A stretch of DNA of 61,749 nt, from assembly GCA_015520565.1 (NCBI GenBank), contig WAPW01000045.1, forward strand, positions 1-61,749. The letters are read 5' to 3'. Shown piece by piece: positions 40,323 through 51,045 of this stretch. The notes below the pieces were generated by a model. The model had not been told where the DNA came from and did not search any database. It saw only the letters and a list, made by a program, of their open reading frames with translations. Within the stretch, counting starts at the first letter, position 1; the number at the start of each line of letters is the position of its first letter. The position numbers were made by a program, and so were the translations under genes. The DNA comes from Aciduliprofundum sp. (GTDB lineage Archaea > Thermoplasmatota > Thermoplasmata > Thermoplasmatales > Aciduliprofundaceae).

Positions 40323-40518
40323 ATCCCCTAATTTCTAAAATTTCAGCATTCACATCCCTAGCTAATTTTTCAATTTTATCCTTGAAATTATCCCTATCTG
40401 CATTTTGCAAGAATTTTATCTTAATTATCTTCCTCTTTTTCAATTGCTCCTTAATCTCCTTTTTCACACTTTCTGTTATTCCTCCCTTTCCTATTTGAAC
40501 AGTAGCTTTTATATCCAT
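40297..40518 (-). CDS. YhbY/CRM RNA-binding protein
   Basis: [22 protein letters not shown]; start at MDIKA. Confidence 0.85.
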   Translation of the reverse strand: MDIKATVQIGKGGITESVKKEIKEQLKKRKIIKIKFLQNADRDNFKDKIEKLARDVNAEILEIRGFTAVLKKK

Positions 40519-40575
40519 AGAAAGAGTATCGTGGCGTTTAATAAAATATTTATCTCTCCATTTCATGTGGAAATT

Positions 40576-42225
40576 ATGCGAGAAATTAGAGCCCCTAGAG
40601 GCACAAAATTAAATGCAAAGTCATGGCAAACCGAGGCGCCATTGAGATTGCTTATGAATAATCTTGATCCTGAGGTGGCTAAGGACCCCGCGCATCTCAT
40701 TGTTTATGGAGGTACTGGCCGCGCTGCGAGGAATTGGGAATCGTTTGATGCAATCGTGAAAACTCTCAAAGAGATGGAAAATGATGAAACTCTCTTAGTT
40801 CAGAGCGGAAAGCCCGTTGCGGTTTTCAAGACGCATGAGTGGGCTCCCCGTGTTCTCATTGCAAATTCAAATCTCGTTCCAAAATGGGCTAACTGGGAGT
40901 ATTTCCGCGAGTTAGAAGAGAGAGGTTTGATTATGTACGGGCAGATGACCGCTGGCTCGTGGATTTACATAGGAACTCAGGGCATTCTTCAAGGCACTTA
41001 CGAAACTCTATATGCTGTTGCACGCAAAGAATTTGGACAGCATGATTTGAGGGGTAAATGGGTTCTTTCCTCTGGATTAGGAGAAATGGGAGGAGCTCAA
41101 CCTCTCGCCATAACCATGAATAACGGCGTGGGAATAATCGTAGAAGTTAATAAATGGGCCATAGACCGCCGCCTTAAGGGTGGATATTTGGACACTTGGA
41201 CAGACAGCTTGGACGAAGCGTTAAAGATGAAGGATGAGGCACTCAAAGAAGGAAAGCCATTAAGCATAGGATTGCTTGCCAATGCTGCGGATGTTTATCC
41301 AGAACTCGTGCGTAGAGGCATTGTGCCAGATGTTGTTACTGATCAAACTGCTGCTCATGACCCTTTAAATGGATACATTCCTGCGGGATACACAGTGGAA
41401 GAAGCTGCAGAGCTGAGGGAGAATAATCCTGAAAAGTATCTTGAAGAAGTACGAAAGTCCCTGCGCAAACATGTGCCAGCCATGGTATGGTTCAAAGAGC
41501 ATGGTGCCAAGGTATTTGATTATGGAAATAACATAAGGGCACAGGCAAAGGAAGCTGGAGTGGAGGATGCATTCAAAATCCCCGGCTATGTGCCCGAATA
41601 CATCCGCCCCCTATTCTCCGAAGGAAGCGGTCCCTTTAGATGGGTTGCGTTAAGTGGCAATCCAGAGGATATATACGAAACGGATAAAGTTATAAAGAAA
41701 TTGTTCCCAGATAATAAACATCTTGTGCAGTGGATTGATAAGGCAGAGGAGCATGTGAAATGGCAGGGATTGCCTGCAAGAATCTGCTGGTTAAACTTTG
41801 GAGAGAGGGAAAAAGCTGGGCTGGCATTTAACGAATTAGTTCGCGAGGGTGTAGTGGATGCACCCATAGCTATTGGCAGGGATCATCACGACACGGGAAG
41901 TGTTGCCTCCCCTTACAGAGAGACGGAAAGGATGAAAGATGGAAGTGATGCCATTGCCGATTGGCCTATTTTGAATGCCATGCTCAATGTTGCCTCCGGT
42001 GCAACTTGGGTATCATTCCACCATGGAGGTGGAGTTGGCATAGGATACTCCTTGCATGCAGGTATGGTAATCGTTGCAGATGGAACGAAGCTCGCTGAGC
42101 AGAAACTTGCAAGGGTATTGCATAACGACCCTGGCCTAGGTGTAGTGCGCCACGCTGATGCTGGATACGAAATAGCAATAAGAACTGCCAAGGATAAAGG
42201 CATCTGGATGCCAATGCTCAAATAA
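40576..42225 (+). CDS. hutU: Urocanate hydratase
   Basis: [37 protein letters not shown]; start at MREIRAPRG. Confidence 0.97.
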   Translation: MREIRAPRGTKLNAKSWQTEAPLRLLMNNLDPEVAKDPAHLIVYGGTGRAARNWESFDAIVKTLKEMENDETLLVQSGKPVAVFKTHEWAPRVLIANSNLVPKWANWEYFRELEERGLIMYGQMTAGSWIYIGTQGILQGTYETLYAVARKEFGQHDLRGKWVLSSGLGEMGGAQPLAITMNNGVGIIVEVNKWAIDRRLKGGYLDTWTDSLDEALKMKDEALKEGKPLSIGLLANAADVYPELVRRGIVPDVVTDQTAAHDPLNGYIPAGYTVEEAAELRENNPEKYLEEVRKSLRKHVPAMVWFKEHGAKVFDYGNNIRAQAKEAGVEDAFKIPGYVPEYIRPLFSEGSGPFRWVALSGNPEDIYETDKVIKKLFPDNKHLVQWIDKAEEHVKWQGLPARICWLNFGEREKAGLAFNELVREGVVDAPIAIGRDHHDTGSVASPYRETERMKDGSDAIADWPILNAMLNVASGATWVSFHHGGGVGIGYSLHAGMVIVADGTKLAEQKLARVLHNDPGLGVVRHADAGYEIAIRTAKDKGIWMPMLK

Positions 42226-42250
42226 TTTTCTTCTTTTTCATTTTGTTAAG

Positions 42251-43459
42251 GTGGCGATTTTTTTGGATGCTACCTTGGATAAGAAATTCTATTTTCTTTT
42301 AATTCCAAGAACTCTTGTAGGTGGTGGGATATCTATATACACAATATATCTACTTTTGCAATTGTGGCACTCTTTTAATTCTGCTTTAATAATATCTATT
42401 TTCTATGTTTTTGTATTTCTCATTCCCGCTATTATATCTCCATTTGCTGGAACATATATTGATAGGCATTCTAAAAAGAGGATTGGCGAGTTAGCTATTC
42501 TGCTCTTAATATTCTCTTTAATTCCTTTGTTTTTCTCTCATAGAATTTATATGATGTTTGGTGTTTTTATCTTGCTTTTAATTTTTGAAGCGTGGTTTAA
42601 TATTAATTACACGGTTGCTGTAAGAATTTTTGTAGAAAAAGAGAAATTGATTTATGCCAATAATATGCTTACTTTTTCCATAGGAATTACAAATTTGGTG
42701 GGATACTTGGTGGGAGCATATCTTTATTCTTATATTTCCTTGCATTTATTATCCATTGTAATTTTTGTGATATTTATAGCGTCAGGATTAATATGGCTCC
42801 TAGTAGAGATACCAGAAAAGATTAGGAGAGAAAGTGCAAAGAATATAAAATATTCAGAAATCTTGTTATACCTCAAATCTCATAAAAATATTCTTTATTT
42901 GCTGTTAATTTATGATGTAGTGGTTCTATTCACAGCAATCATAACCCTTCCTGCTTCTATTCCGTATTCATTTGACCTTGTAGGTATGTCCTCCATAATT
43001 TATGGATTTTACGGTGGTTTGAGCGCATTCTTACTTGCAATTGTTCCATTGAGCATTCACAAATTCATAAAATCTCAGAATATTAAAAAGTATGCAGTTT
43101 CTTCTATTTTATATGAGGGTATACTTACCCTTGGTATAGCTTCAGTTCCATTCATTTTTCATTTGAAAATTTATAAAATAATTTTATTTATAGTGTTAGC
43201 ATCAATAATGACAATTCCTGCAGCTCTTGAAATAACGAGTTTTTCTACCATATTTCAAAAAGCAGTATCTATATCTTTGTTAGGCAGGTTCTATTCTGTT
43301 CGCTCTCTATTTAGAGGTGCAGTAAATGTTATTGGTTTGTTAATTGCTGGTTTTATTACGGATTTATGGGGACCTATACCAGTAATTGTATCTTCAGGAG
43401 TAATTTTGATTTTAATGATAGTGCCTACCAAATATGTTTTAAGTAAGATATCAAATTAA
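42251..43459 (+). CDS. MFS transporter (AT-rich)
   Basis: GTYIDRHSKK motif A-like; LLGRFYS; GFITDLWG; about 12 TM. Confidence 0.82.
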   Translation: MAIFLDATLDKKFYFLLIPRTLVGGGISIYTIYLLLQLWHSFNSALIISIFYVFVFLIPAIISPFAGTYIDRHSKKRIGELAILLLIFSLIPLFFSHRIYMMFGVFILLLIFEAWFNINYTVAVRIFVEKEKLIYANNMLTFSIGITNLVGYLVGAYLYSYISLHLLSIVIFVIFIASGLIWLLVEIPEKIRRESAKNIKYSEILLYLKSHKNILYLLLIYDVVVLFTAIITLPASIPYSFDLVGMSSIIYGFYGGLSAFLLAIVPLSIHKFIKSQNIKKYAVSSILYEGILTLGIASVPFIFHLKIYKIILFIVLASIMTIPAALEITSFSTIFQKAVSISLLGRFYSVRSLFRGAVNVIGLLIAGFITDLWGPIPVIVSSGVILILMIVPTKYVLSKISN

Positions 43460-43478
43460 AGCTTTTTCTCCGAATTCT

Positions 43479-43613
43479 TTATATACAAAATATCTTTATG
43501 GGAGCAAAAGAAAAGGGCTAGCCAGACGCCATGGGCAATATGGCCCGCGAACACGCCCAAAAAATGTGTTTTGGGCGTAGTGACGGCGTCACGGCTCCTG
43601 CGAGGTGAAAAAT
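43479..43613 (+). promoter_or_regulatory. Promoter and structured 5' leader of the ribosomal superoperon
   Basis: TTTATATA at 43479; multi-stem GC-rich structure 43520-43596; SD GAGGTG at 43602. Confidence 0.65.
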
Positions 43614-44636
43614 ATGGGAAGTGCACATCATCCTAGACGAGGCTCTATGGCGTATTATCCGAGAAAGAGAGCAGCAAGTCCTATTCCTAGAATCAGGACT
43701 TGGCCAGAGATAGAAGATGGTCCCAGAATTCAGGGTTTTGCCGGCTATAAAGCTGGAATGACCCATGTGTTTACAATTGACTGGAGAAAGCATACTACAA
43801 CTGCAGGTCAAGAGATATGGACTCCTGTTACCGTTATTGAGGTTCCACCTATGAAGGTAGCAGGTGTTAGGTTTTATGAAAGAACTATGTATGGGCTGAA
43901 AAGCATAGGCGAGGTATGGGATGAAAACCTTGATAAAGAGCTTGCAAGGAGATTCCCTCTGCCAAAAGAATACAGCAAGGATAAGGCCTTAGAGAAAATA
44001 AATGGGGATATTGAAGATATTCGTTTAATAGTTCATACACAGCCCAAGTTGGTTAGTGGCGTGCCTAAAAAAGCGCCTGATATTATGGAGATTCGTGTGG
44101 GAGGAGGCACAATAGATGCTCGTAAAGAGTATGCCCTAAACCTATTGGGTAAGGAAATCAAATTCTCAGATTTTAAGAGTGATGGTAAATTCGTTGATGT
44201 AATTGCCATAACAAAAGGCAAGGGCTTCCAAGGCCATGTTAAGAGATTTGGAGTTAAGCTCTTGCATCAGAAGAATAGGAAGCATCGCCGTATGATCGGT
44301 ACCCTTGGGCCTTGGCATCCTGACTGGGTTCGTTACACTGTGCCTCAAGCAGGTCAAATGGGTTATCATCAGAGAACGGAATACAATAAGAGAATTGTGA
44401 AATATGTGGATTTCGTAGAGGAGAATGGTGAGAAAAAGCTTGCTATGGATATAACTCCAAAGGGTAGTTTTCCACATTATGGAGAGGTTAAGAACGAGTA
44501 TGTTTTAATTCATGGCTCTGTTCCAGGTCCGGCAAAGAGGTTAATAAGATTCCGTGACCCAGTTAGACAAACTTTGGAAGATGTGGAAGGCATTGAAGTG
44601 ACCTATGTTTCACTTGAATCAAAGCAGGGGGTGTGA
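43614..44636 (+). CDS. rpl3: 50S ribosomal protein L3
   Basis: HHPRRGSMAYYPRKRA, GYKAGMTH, KGKGFQG, PQAGQMG. Confidence 0.97.
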   Translation: MGSAHHPRRGSMAYYPRKRAASPIPRIRTWPEIEDGPRIQGFAGYKAGMTHVFTIDWRKHTTTAGQEIWTPVTVIEVPPMKVAGVRFYERTMYGLKSIGEVWDENLDKELARRFPLPKEYSKDKALEKINGDIEDIRLIVHTQPKLVSGVPKKAPDIMEIRVGGGTIDARKEYALNLLGKEIKFSDFKSDGKFVDVIAITKGKGFQGHVKRFGVKLLHQKNRKHRRMIGTLGPWHPDWVRYTVPQAGQMGYHQRTEYNKRIVKYVDFVEENGEKKLAMDITPKGSFPHYGEVKNEYVLIHGSVPGPAKRLIRFRDPVRQTLEDVEGIEVTYVSLESKQGV

Positions 44637-44639
44637 TGA

Positions 44640-45404
44640 ATGCGTGTTAATGTTTACACAGTTAATGGCGAGGTAAAGAGACAAATAACCCTTCCCAAAG
44701 TTTTCAATTACCCTTATAGGCCAGATTTAATAAAAGAAGCTGTTAGGATATTCCAGTTAAATAGGGTTCAGCCCCATGGTGTTAGCCCTACAGCAGGCAT
44801 GCGCCGTGTTGCAGAATCTTGGGGACCTGGACATGGTATATCAAAAATGGTTCCTCGTGTTGGACATACTTCAAGGGGTGCAATAATTCCAAGCACTGTT
44901 GGTGGTAGAGCTGGACATCCTCCAACAACTCAAAAAGTTTGGGAGAGGAAGATGAACATAAAAATGCGCCGCTTGGCAAAGTATTCTGCATTATCAATGA
45001 CTGCAAATAAGGTTATGGTTGCCAATAGGGGTCACAAATTCTCCCCTGATATAACTTTGCCCGTAGTGGTTGAGGACGAGTTTGAGAATATAGGAACTGT
45101 GAAAGAGGCCATAAAGGTCTTGCAGAATTTGGGGGTTTACGAGGATATCATAAGGGCTAGTGAGAAGCGCATTCGTGGAGGAAAGGGCAAGAGAAGGGGT
45201 AGAAGGTACAAGAAAAAGAAGAGCGTTTTGATAGTTGTGTCCAACAAGGACAATGTCCTCAAAGGATTCAGAAACTTGCCCGGAGTGGATATTGTTACTC
45301 CCCGTGAGTTAAATGCAGAGCTCCTTGCCCCTGGAACCCATGCAGGTCGTTTGGCCATTTTCACAGAAAGTGCCATAAAAGAGATCAGGAGGTGGGCTAA
45401 ATGA
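44640..45404 (+). CDS. rpl4: 50S ribosomal protein L4
   Basis: AESWGPG, LLAPGTHAGRL. Confidence 0.96.
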   Translation: MRVNVYTVNGEVKRQITLPKVFNYPYRPDLIKEAVRIFQLNRVQPHGVSPTAGMRRVAESWGPGHGISKMVPRVGHTSRGAIIPSTVGGRAGHPPTTQKVWERKMNIKMRRLAKYSALSMTANKVMVANRGHKFSPDITLPVVVEDEFENIGTVKEAIKVLQNLGVYEDIIRASEKRIRGGKGKRRGRRYKKKKSVLIVVSNKDNVLKGFRNLPGVDIVTPRELNAELLAPGTHAGRLAIFTESAIKEIRRWAK

Positions 45405-45664
45405 CATTTCATCCAACAAGGGTCATAATAAAGCCATATGTCACAGAAAAAACTCTTTTGCTCATAGAGAAGGAGAATAAGCTTACATTCATAATAAGGA
45501 GAAATGCAACAAAGGCGCAAGTTAAGAATGCAATAGAGCGCTTATTCAATGTGGAAGTTGAACAGGTTAATACTTACATAACCAAGTATGGAAAGAAGGC
45601 AGTTGTGAAGCTAAAGAAAGAGTATAGTGCCGAGGAAGTCGGCATGAGGTTAGGTATATTCTAA
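45401..45664 (+). CDS. rpl23: 50S ribosomal protein L23
   Basis: PYVTEK, KKAVVKL. Confidence 0.96.
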   Translation: MTFHPTRVIIKPYVTEKTLLLIEKENKLTFIIRRNATKAQVKNAIERLFNVEVEQVNTYITKYGKKAVVKLKKEYSAEEVGMRLGIF

Positions 45665-45674
45665 GGTGGTGTAA

Positions 45675-46379
45675 ATGGGTAAGAGAATAATTCCACAGAG
45701 GAGAGGTCGTGGAACTTCCGTTTATAGGGCTCCTAGCCACAGGTATGCTGGGAGACCCATCAATCCAAAGGTTGAGAAGGGCACAGGCATAGTTAAAGAG
45801 ATATTCCACGACCCTGGACATACTGCACCTCTGGCAAGAGTTGTGCTTGATAACGGTGATAAAATTCTCATGCTCGCCCATGTGGGTATGTACGAAGGTC
45901 AGGAAATTGAGATTGGAGAGGGTGCAGATATTAGGCCCGGAAATGTTTTGCCTTTGGGGAGCATACCAGAAGGTGTTCCCATATACAATATAGAAGCACA
46001 GCCGGGAGATGGTGGCAAATACATACGCTCTGGAGGCAATTATGCTCAGATTGTTACGCATGGCATAAAGACAACAGTGCAGATGCCATCAGGCGAGTTC
46101 AAATTGTTTGACCCAAGATGCAGAGCCACTATTGGTGTTGTTGCAGGAGGGGGAAGAAAGGACAAACCAATGCTCAAAGCAGGTAAGGTTTATCATGCTT
46201 GGCGTTCAAAGGCTAGGAAGCATGTTCAAGTTCGCGGCGTGGCAATGAATGCGGTGGACCATCCACATGGTGGAGGAAATCACCAGCATGTTGGAAGACC
46301 AAGCACTGTGAGCAGAAATGCCCCTCCAGGTAGGAAGGTTGGAAGATTATCACCCAAGAAGAAGAAAAAGAAGAGGTGA
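45675..46379 (+). CDS. rpl2: 50S ribosomal protein L2
   Basis: MGKRIIPQRRG, RGVAMNAVDHPHGGG. Confidence 0.97.
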   Translation: MGKRIIPQRRGRGTSVYRAPSHRYAGRPINPKVEKGTGIVKEIFHDPGHTAPLARVVLDNGDKILMLAHVGMYEGQEIEIGEGADIRPGNVLPLGSIPEGVPIYNIEAQPGDGGKYIRSGGNYAQIVTHGIKTTVQMPSGEFKLFDPRCRATIGVVAGGGRKDKPMLKAGKVYHAWRSKARKHVQVRGVAMNAVDHPHGGGNHQHVGRPSTVSRNAPPGRKVGRLSPKKKKKKR

Positions 46380-46384
46380 AATGA

Positions 46385-46840
46385 ATGGCTAAAATGAGGA
46401 AGGTAAGTGCCAAGGCGGCAAGAAGGAGGAAGAGGAAGACTAGGAAGCTAGTAATGGGGAGAATGAAGGAATTCTCCTATCGTGGTTATACCCTTGAAGA
46501 ATTGCAGAAGATGAATTGGGATGAGTTTGCAGAGCTCCTTCCCGCAAGGGCAAGAAGAACTCTAAAGAGGGGCTGGGACGAGGAGCGTATGAAAGCTGTC
46601 AGAAAAATCATAAATTCAGATAAAGTTGTGAGAACTCATCGCCGTGATTTAATAATTTTGCCTCAATTCGTGGGAAAGAGAGTGGCTGTGCATAATGGGA
46701 AAGAATTCATTGAAATTGAGATTAAGCCAGAGATGATTGGTCATTACCTTGGAGAATTCGCTCTAACGAGAAAGGAAGTTAAGCATAGTGGTCCTGGTGT
46801 GGGAGCAACTAGAAGCTCCAAGTTCGTACCGCTGAAGTGA
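46385..46840 (+). CDS. rps19: 30S ribosomal protein S19
   Basis: [16 protein letters not shown]. Confidence 0.96.
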   Translation: MAKMRKVSAKAARRRKRKTRKLVMGRMKEFSYRGYTLEELQKMNWDEFAELLPARARRTLKRGWDEERMKAVRKIINSDKVVRTHRRDLIILPQFVGKRVAVHNGKEFIEIEIKPEMIGHYLGEFALTRKEVKHSGPGVGATRSSKFVPLK

Positions 46841-46849
46841 GGTGATTAA

Positions 46850-47305
46850 ATGCCCTACAGCATTAAGGTGGAAGGCGATAAATACGCAAAATCCTACGGG
46901 AAGGATTTGCCAATTTCCCTAAAGGATTCAGTCAATATTTGCCGTGCCATAAAGGGAATGCGCCTTGATGATGCAAAGGATTTCCTTGAGGGTGTCATAA
47001 AGAAGAAGCGCGCAGTACCCTATTTCCGTTATCTTGATTCCGTATCCCATCGCAGAGGCATAGGCCCGGGAAGATATCCAGTTAAGGAGGCAAAACACAT
47101 ACTTAAGGTCTTGGAGAACGCAGAGGCAAATGCAGAGAATAAGGAGCTAGATACGGATAGCTTGTACATAATGCACATTGCAGCACATAAGGGAAGAATG
47201 TTCAAGAGGTATGTGCCTAGGGCCCAAGGAAGGTCTGTTGAAATTCGTAGAGAAATGGTGAACATTGAGGTTATCTTGGAAGAGAGGGTACCTGAGGAGG
47301 AATGA
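46850..47305 (+). CDS. rpl22: 50S ribosomal protein L22
   Basis: GRYPVKEA, NAEANA, PRAQGR. Confidence 0.96.
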   Translation: MPYSIKVEGDKYAKSYGKDLPISLKDSVNICRAIKGMRLDDAKDFLEGVIKKKRAVPYFRYLDSVSHRRGIGPGRYPVKEAKHILKVLENAEANAENKELDTDSLYIMHIAAHKGRMFKRYVPRAQGRSVEIRREMVNIEVILEERVPEEE

Positions 47306-48006
47306 ATATGGATGAGAGAAAATTTGTGAAAGAAAATGTGAATCGTCTTCTTATGAAAGAATACCTCATGAAAGAAACTGCAATAGCTGGATTTGGAGGT
47401 CTTGAAATTCAGCGCACCCCCCTTGGAACAAGAATCATTCTTGAGGTTGAGAGGCCCGGAATGGTCATAGGAAGGAAGGGTGCAAAGATTAAGGAGCTTA
47501 CAGATAAATTGCAGCAGGATTTTGGTGTGGAAAATCCAACCATAGAGGTTAAAGAATCTCCGAATCCATACCTAAATGCTCAGATAATGGCTCAAAAATT
47601 AGCTATGGCATTGGAGCGTGGCTGGCATTTTAGGCGTGCTGGACATTCCACTTTGAGGCGCATAATGGAAGCGGGAGCGAAGGGTGCCCAGATAATAATC
47701 TCTGGAAAATTAACAGGAGATAGGGCTAGAACTGAGAAATTTATGGATGGCACTATAAAGTACAACGGTAAGCCTGTGGAATTGGTGCATGTTGGTTATG
47801 CCACTGCCAAAACAAAGCCGGGTATAATTGGTGTAACTGTCAAAATAATGCCTCCAGATGCTAAATTACCAGATGAGATTAATATACTTCCTCCAGAAGA
47901 GGAGAAGGTTGAAGAAACAAAAGAGGTGAATGAAAATGCCGAAGGAGCTCAAAGCGAAGCAGATAAGGGAAATGAGTCCGGAAGAGAGGCTGAAGAGGCT
48001 CAGTGA
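47302..48006 (+). CDS. rps3: 30S ribosomal protein S3
   Basis: KH domain RPGMVIGRKG; ISGKL...RAR. Confidence 0.96.
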   Translation: MNMDERKFVKENVNRLLMKEYLMKETAIAGFGGLEIQRTPLGTRIILEVERPGMVIGRKGAKIKELTDKLQQDFGVENPTIEVKESPNPYLNAQIMAQKLAMALERGWHFRRAGHSTLRRIMEAGAKGAQIIISGKLTGDRARTEKFMDGTIKYNGKPVELVHVGYATAKTKPGIIGVTVKIMPPDAKLPDEINILPPEEEKVEETKEVNENAEGAQSEADKGNESGREAEEAQ

Positions 48007-48130
48007 GCTCAGAGAAGAGCTAATGCATGAGCTTGGATTGAGCGCCATGGGAGGTGCTCCGCCAAGCCCGGGAAAGATAAGGAGTTTGAGAAGGCAAATT
48101 GCAAGAATATTAACGGTGATGAACGAATGA
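47930..48130 (+). CDS. rpl29: 50S ribosomal protein L29
   Basis: IREMSPEE, IRSLRRQIARILTV; start may be 47936. Confidence 0.94.
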   Translation: MKMPKELKAKQIREMSPEERLKRLSELREELMHELGLSAMGGAPPSPGKIRSLRRQIARILTVMNE

Positions 48131-48408
48131 GAAATAGGAGAAATATAGAGATGCATGAATTAATCGGACTTGATGTGGAAATTAAAGATTCAACCAATCC
48201 AAATCAGGTTGGAAAGAGGGGAAAGATAGTGGATGAGACATACCATATGCTCATAATAGAAGAGAATGGGAAAAGGAAGATGATAATGAAGAAAGGTGCC
48301 AAGTTTGGAGTTTGGCTTGGAGATGAGTATGTTACGATAAGAGGAGATAGAATAAATTACAGACCTCACGAGAGGATTAAAAAGCTTATGAGGAGGAGAA
48401 TAAAATGA
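48127..48408 (+). CDS. rnp1: RNase P protein component 1 (Rpp29)
   Basis: HELIGL, GKIVDET, RPHERIK; conserved position. Confidence 0.92.
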   Translation: MRNRRNIEMHELIGLDVEIKDSTNPNQVGKRGKIVDETYHMLIIEENGKRKMIMKKGAKFGVWLGDEYVTIRGDRINYRPHERIKKLMRRRIK

Positions 48409-48734
48409 CATATAGAGATATAGGAGTGGATGCAAAGCCACCTGAAAAAGAGTGCAACGACCCTAATTGCCCTTGGCATGGAAACTTGAAGGTTCGTGGC
48501 CAGATGATGGAAGGTGTGGTGGTATCCGATAAGATGAAGAACACTGTTGTAGTTGAAAGAGAGTATCTTAGATATGTGAAGAAATACGAGAGGTATGAGA
48601 AGAGACGCAGAAGGTATCATGTTCACAATCCCCCCTGCATAGATGCAAAGGTCGGAGACAAAGTTCGCTTTATGGAATGCAGGCCCCTTAGCAAGACCGT
48701 TAGCTTTGTGGTTATTGAGAAGATTGAGAGGTGA
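48405..48734 (+). CDS. rps17: 30S ribosomal protein S17
   Basis: [21 protein letters not shown]. Confidence 0.96.
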   Translation: MTYRDIGVDAKPPEKECNDPNCPWHGNLKVRGQMMEGVVVSDKMKNTVVVEREYLRYVKKYERYEKRRRRYHVHNPPCIDAKVGDKVRFMECRPLSKTVSFVVIEKIER

Positions 48735-49138
48735 GAGAATTGAAGGGTATTGCTGGTAGACAAACTCGTGGATTGCCAACCGGTGCAAGATTGATTTGCG
48801 CAGATAATACTGGAGCAAAGGAAGTTGAGATAATTCAGGTTCTAAAGTATCATGGAGTAGCTAGGAAATATCCATCTGCGGGTGTGGGTGATATGGTTAT
48901 TGTTAGCGTTAAAAAGGGCACTCCAGATATGCGCAAGAAGGTATTTCCAGCTGTGATTGTTAGGCAGCGCAGGCCATTCAGGCGTGCAGATGGCACATGG
49001 GTGCAATTTGAGGATAATGCCGCTGTCATAGTCACCCCTAATGGCGAGACAAAGGGCTCTGAGATAAAGGGTCCTGTGGCTAGAGAGGCCGCAGAAAGGT
49101 GGCCAAGAATAGCGGCAATATCTAGCATTATTGTGTGA
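48731..49138 (+). CDS. rpl14: 50S ribosomal protein L14
   Basis: [26 protein letters not shown]. Confidence 0.96.
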   Translation: MRELKGIAGRQTRGLPTGARLICADNTGAKEVEIIQVLKYHGVARKYPSAGVGDMVIVSVKKGTPDMRKKVFPAVIVRQRRPFRRADGTWVQFEDNAAVIVTPNGETKGSEIKGPVAREAAERWPRIAAISSIIV

Positions 49139-49148
49139 GGTGTTAAAA

Positions 49149-49637
49149 ATGGTGTCATATTTACCAAGAAAGCAAAGAAAGATGCTCTACAACGCTCCCA
49201 AACATAGAAGGCTCAAGATGATGAAAGCCCATTTGAGCGACGATTTGTTTGGGAGATATGGCGTAAGGAGCTTTTCTATAAGGAAGGGAGATGTTGTGAG
49301 AGTTATGAGGGGTAAGTTTAAGGGCCATGAAGGTAAGGTTGTGAAAGTTAATTTGAAAAAGATGCGTGTGGCTGTTGAAGGGGTTACAGTTAGGAAGGTT
49401 GATAACAAGGCGGTGCAGTATTGGATTCATCCTTCTAATCTAATGCTCATCAAGCTTGATTTGAGCGATCCTAAGAGAAAGGAAAAAATCTTCAAACTTG
49501 CTGAAGAGAAGAGAGGTGTAAAGCCAGAAGAACTGGAAGCAATGGTGGAAGAGGAAAAAGAGGAAGAAATGGAAGTTGAGGAAGAAGAGAGTGAAGAAGA
49601 AGAGGAAAATGAGGAAGAGGTGAATGAAAATGAGTGA
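49149..49637 (+). CDS. rpl24: 50S ribosomal protein L24 with acidic C-terminal tail
   Basis: PRKQRK, KGDVVRVMRG (KOW), IHPSN. Confidence 0.95.
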   Translation: MVSYLPRKQRKMLYNAPKHRRLKMMKAHLSDDLFGRYGVRSFSIRKGDVVRVMRGKFKGHEGKVVKVNLKKMRVAVEGVTVRKVDNKAVQYWIHPSNLMLIKLDLSDPKRKEKIFKLAEEKRGVKPEELEAMVEEEKEEEMEVEEEESEEEEENEEEVNENE

Positions 49638-50340
49638 TCATGTTAAGAGACTTGCAGCACCACGAACATGGCCAATTGCAAGGAAGGAGTACCCCTTTGC
49701 TCCTAAGGTATCTCCAGGGCCTCATGGAGCACAGGAGTCCATTCCCCTACTCGTAGTTTTGAGAGAGATATTGGGTATTGCTAGCAATAAGAGAGAAGCG
49801 AAGAAGATATTGAATTCAAGAAAGGTCAAGGTGGATGGTAGGGTAATAAGAGATGTTAAGTTTCCAATTGGATTTATGGATGTAATAAGCATTGCTGATA
49901 TTAATAAGAATTATAGAGCAGTTTATGATGTGAATGGTAATATGCGCATAGTTGAAATTCCAGAGGATCATGCAGAATGGAAATTGGTTAGAATTGAGAA
50001 TAAGAGCGTGGTGCGGGGAGGCAAAATTCAGCTCAATTTGCACGATGGAAGGAATATACTTTTAGAGGAGAACAAGTACAAGACGGGTGATGTTCTTAAG
50101 ATAAAATTGCCTACGCAAGAGATTTTGGCCCATTATCCTCTAGCTGAAGGAAGTGTTGCCATAGTTACTGGTGGAACCCATAGAGGAAGAGTGGCACACA
50201 TAAAAGAGTATGTGGTTGTTAGAAGCCCACAGGATAATATGGTTAGATTTGAAGAGGGATTTGAGATACCTAAGCGCTATGTGTTCGTTATTGGTGTTGG
50301 AAAGCCAGAAATCACGATACCTGAGGTGAGTGCCCTATGA
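49624..50340 (+). CDS. rps4e: 30S ribosomal protein S4e
   Basis: HVKRLAAP, PGPH, HDGRN; start may be 49630. Confidence 0.96.
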   Translation: MKMSDHVKRLAAPRTWPIARKEYPFAPKVSPGPHGAQESIPLLVVLREILGIASNKREAKKILNSRKVKVDGRVIRDVKFPIGFMDVISIADINKNYRAVYDVNGNMRIVEIPEDHAEWKLVRIENKSVVRGGKIQLNLHDGRNILLEENKYKTGDVLKIKLPTQEILAHYPLAEGSVAIVTGGTHRGRVAHIKEYVVVRSPQDNMVRFEEGFEIPKRYVFVIGVGKPEITIPEVSAL

Positions 50341-50873
50341 AGGAAGAGAAGCTAAAGAATCCAATGAGGGACATAGTCATTGATAAAGTCGTTATAAATA
50401 TGGGAGTTGGAGAGGCAGGAGAGAAGTTGAGAAGGGCAGAGAAGGTAATTGATCTCTTAACCCATAGAAAGCCCGTGCAAACAACATCAAAGAAGACAAT
50501 AAGGGATTTCAACATAAGAAAGGGTCTTCCCATAGGCCTGAAAGTTACGCTCAGAGGCAAAGAGGCGGAGGATTTCCTGCGCAGAGCTCTTTGGGTTAAG
50601 GACTTTAAAGTTCCAAATTACTCATTCGATTCTCAAGGTAATTTGAGCTTTGGTATATCCGATTACACAGAATTTGAAGGAATGAAATACGATCCAGATA
50701 TAGGCATATTTGGTATGGACATTAATGTGGTGTTTAAGAGAAGAGGTGGATATAGGGTGCTTCGCAGGAGAATAAAGAGAGCCAAGATTCCTGCAAGACA
50801 CAAGGTTACGAGGGAAGAAACCATGCAGTTTATGCGGGAGAAGTTCAACCTCAACATTCTGGAGGTGGAATGA
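50337..50873 (+). CDS. rpl5: 50S ribosomal protein L5
   Basis: [23 protein letters not shown]. Confidence 0.96.
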   Translation: MKEEKLKNPMRDIVIDKVVINMGVGEAGEKLRRAEKVIDLLTHRKPVQTTSKKTIRDFNIRKGLPIGLKVTLRGKEAEDFLRRALWVKDFKVPNYSFDSQGNLSFGISDYTEFEGMKYDPDIGIFGMDINVVFKRRGGYRVLRRRIKRAKIPARHKVTREETMQFMREKFNLNILEVE

Positions 50874-51034
50874 TGGTTCGTGTTAAGCTCAGGCCAAAGA
50901 AGAAATTCGGCAGAAGTGAAGGATGTGTGAGATGCGGTAGGAAGAGAGGAGTCATAAGGCGCTATGGTTTGCGGCTCTGCAGGCAATGCTTCCGTGAAGT
51001 TGCCTACGAGCTTGGATTTAGAAAGTATTCGTGA
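50873..51034 (+). CDS. rps14: 30S ribosomal protein S14 (zinc-binding); not in the ORF track
   Basis: Manual translation [53 protein letters not shown] (53 aa); SD GGAGGTG. Confidence 0.95.
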   Translation: MVRVKLRPKKKFGRSEGCVRCGRKRGVIRRYGLRLCRQCFREVAYELGFRKYS

Positions 51035-51045
51035 GGTGGTAAAAA

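Noticed and set aside
43546-43584. SECIS-like GAA/A internal loop in the rpl3 leader
   Set aside because: No in-frame UGA selenoprotein nearby; position fits a ribosomal leader better
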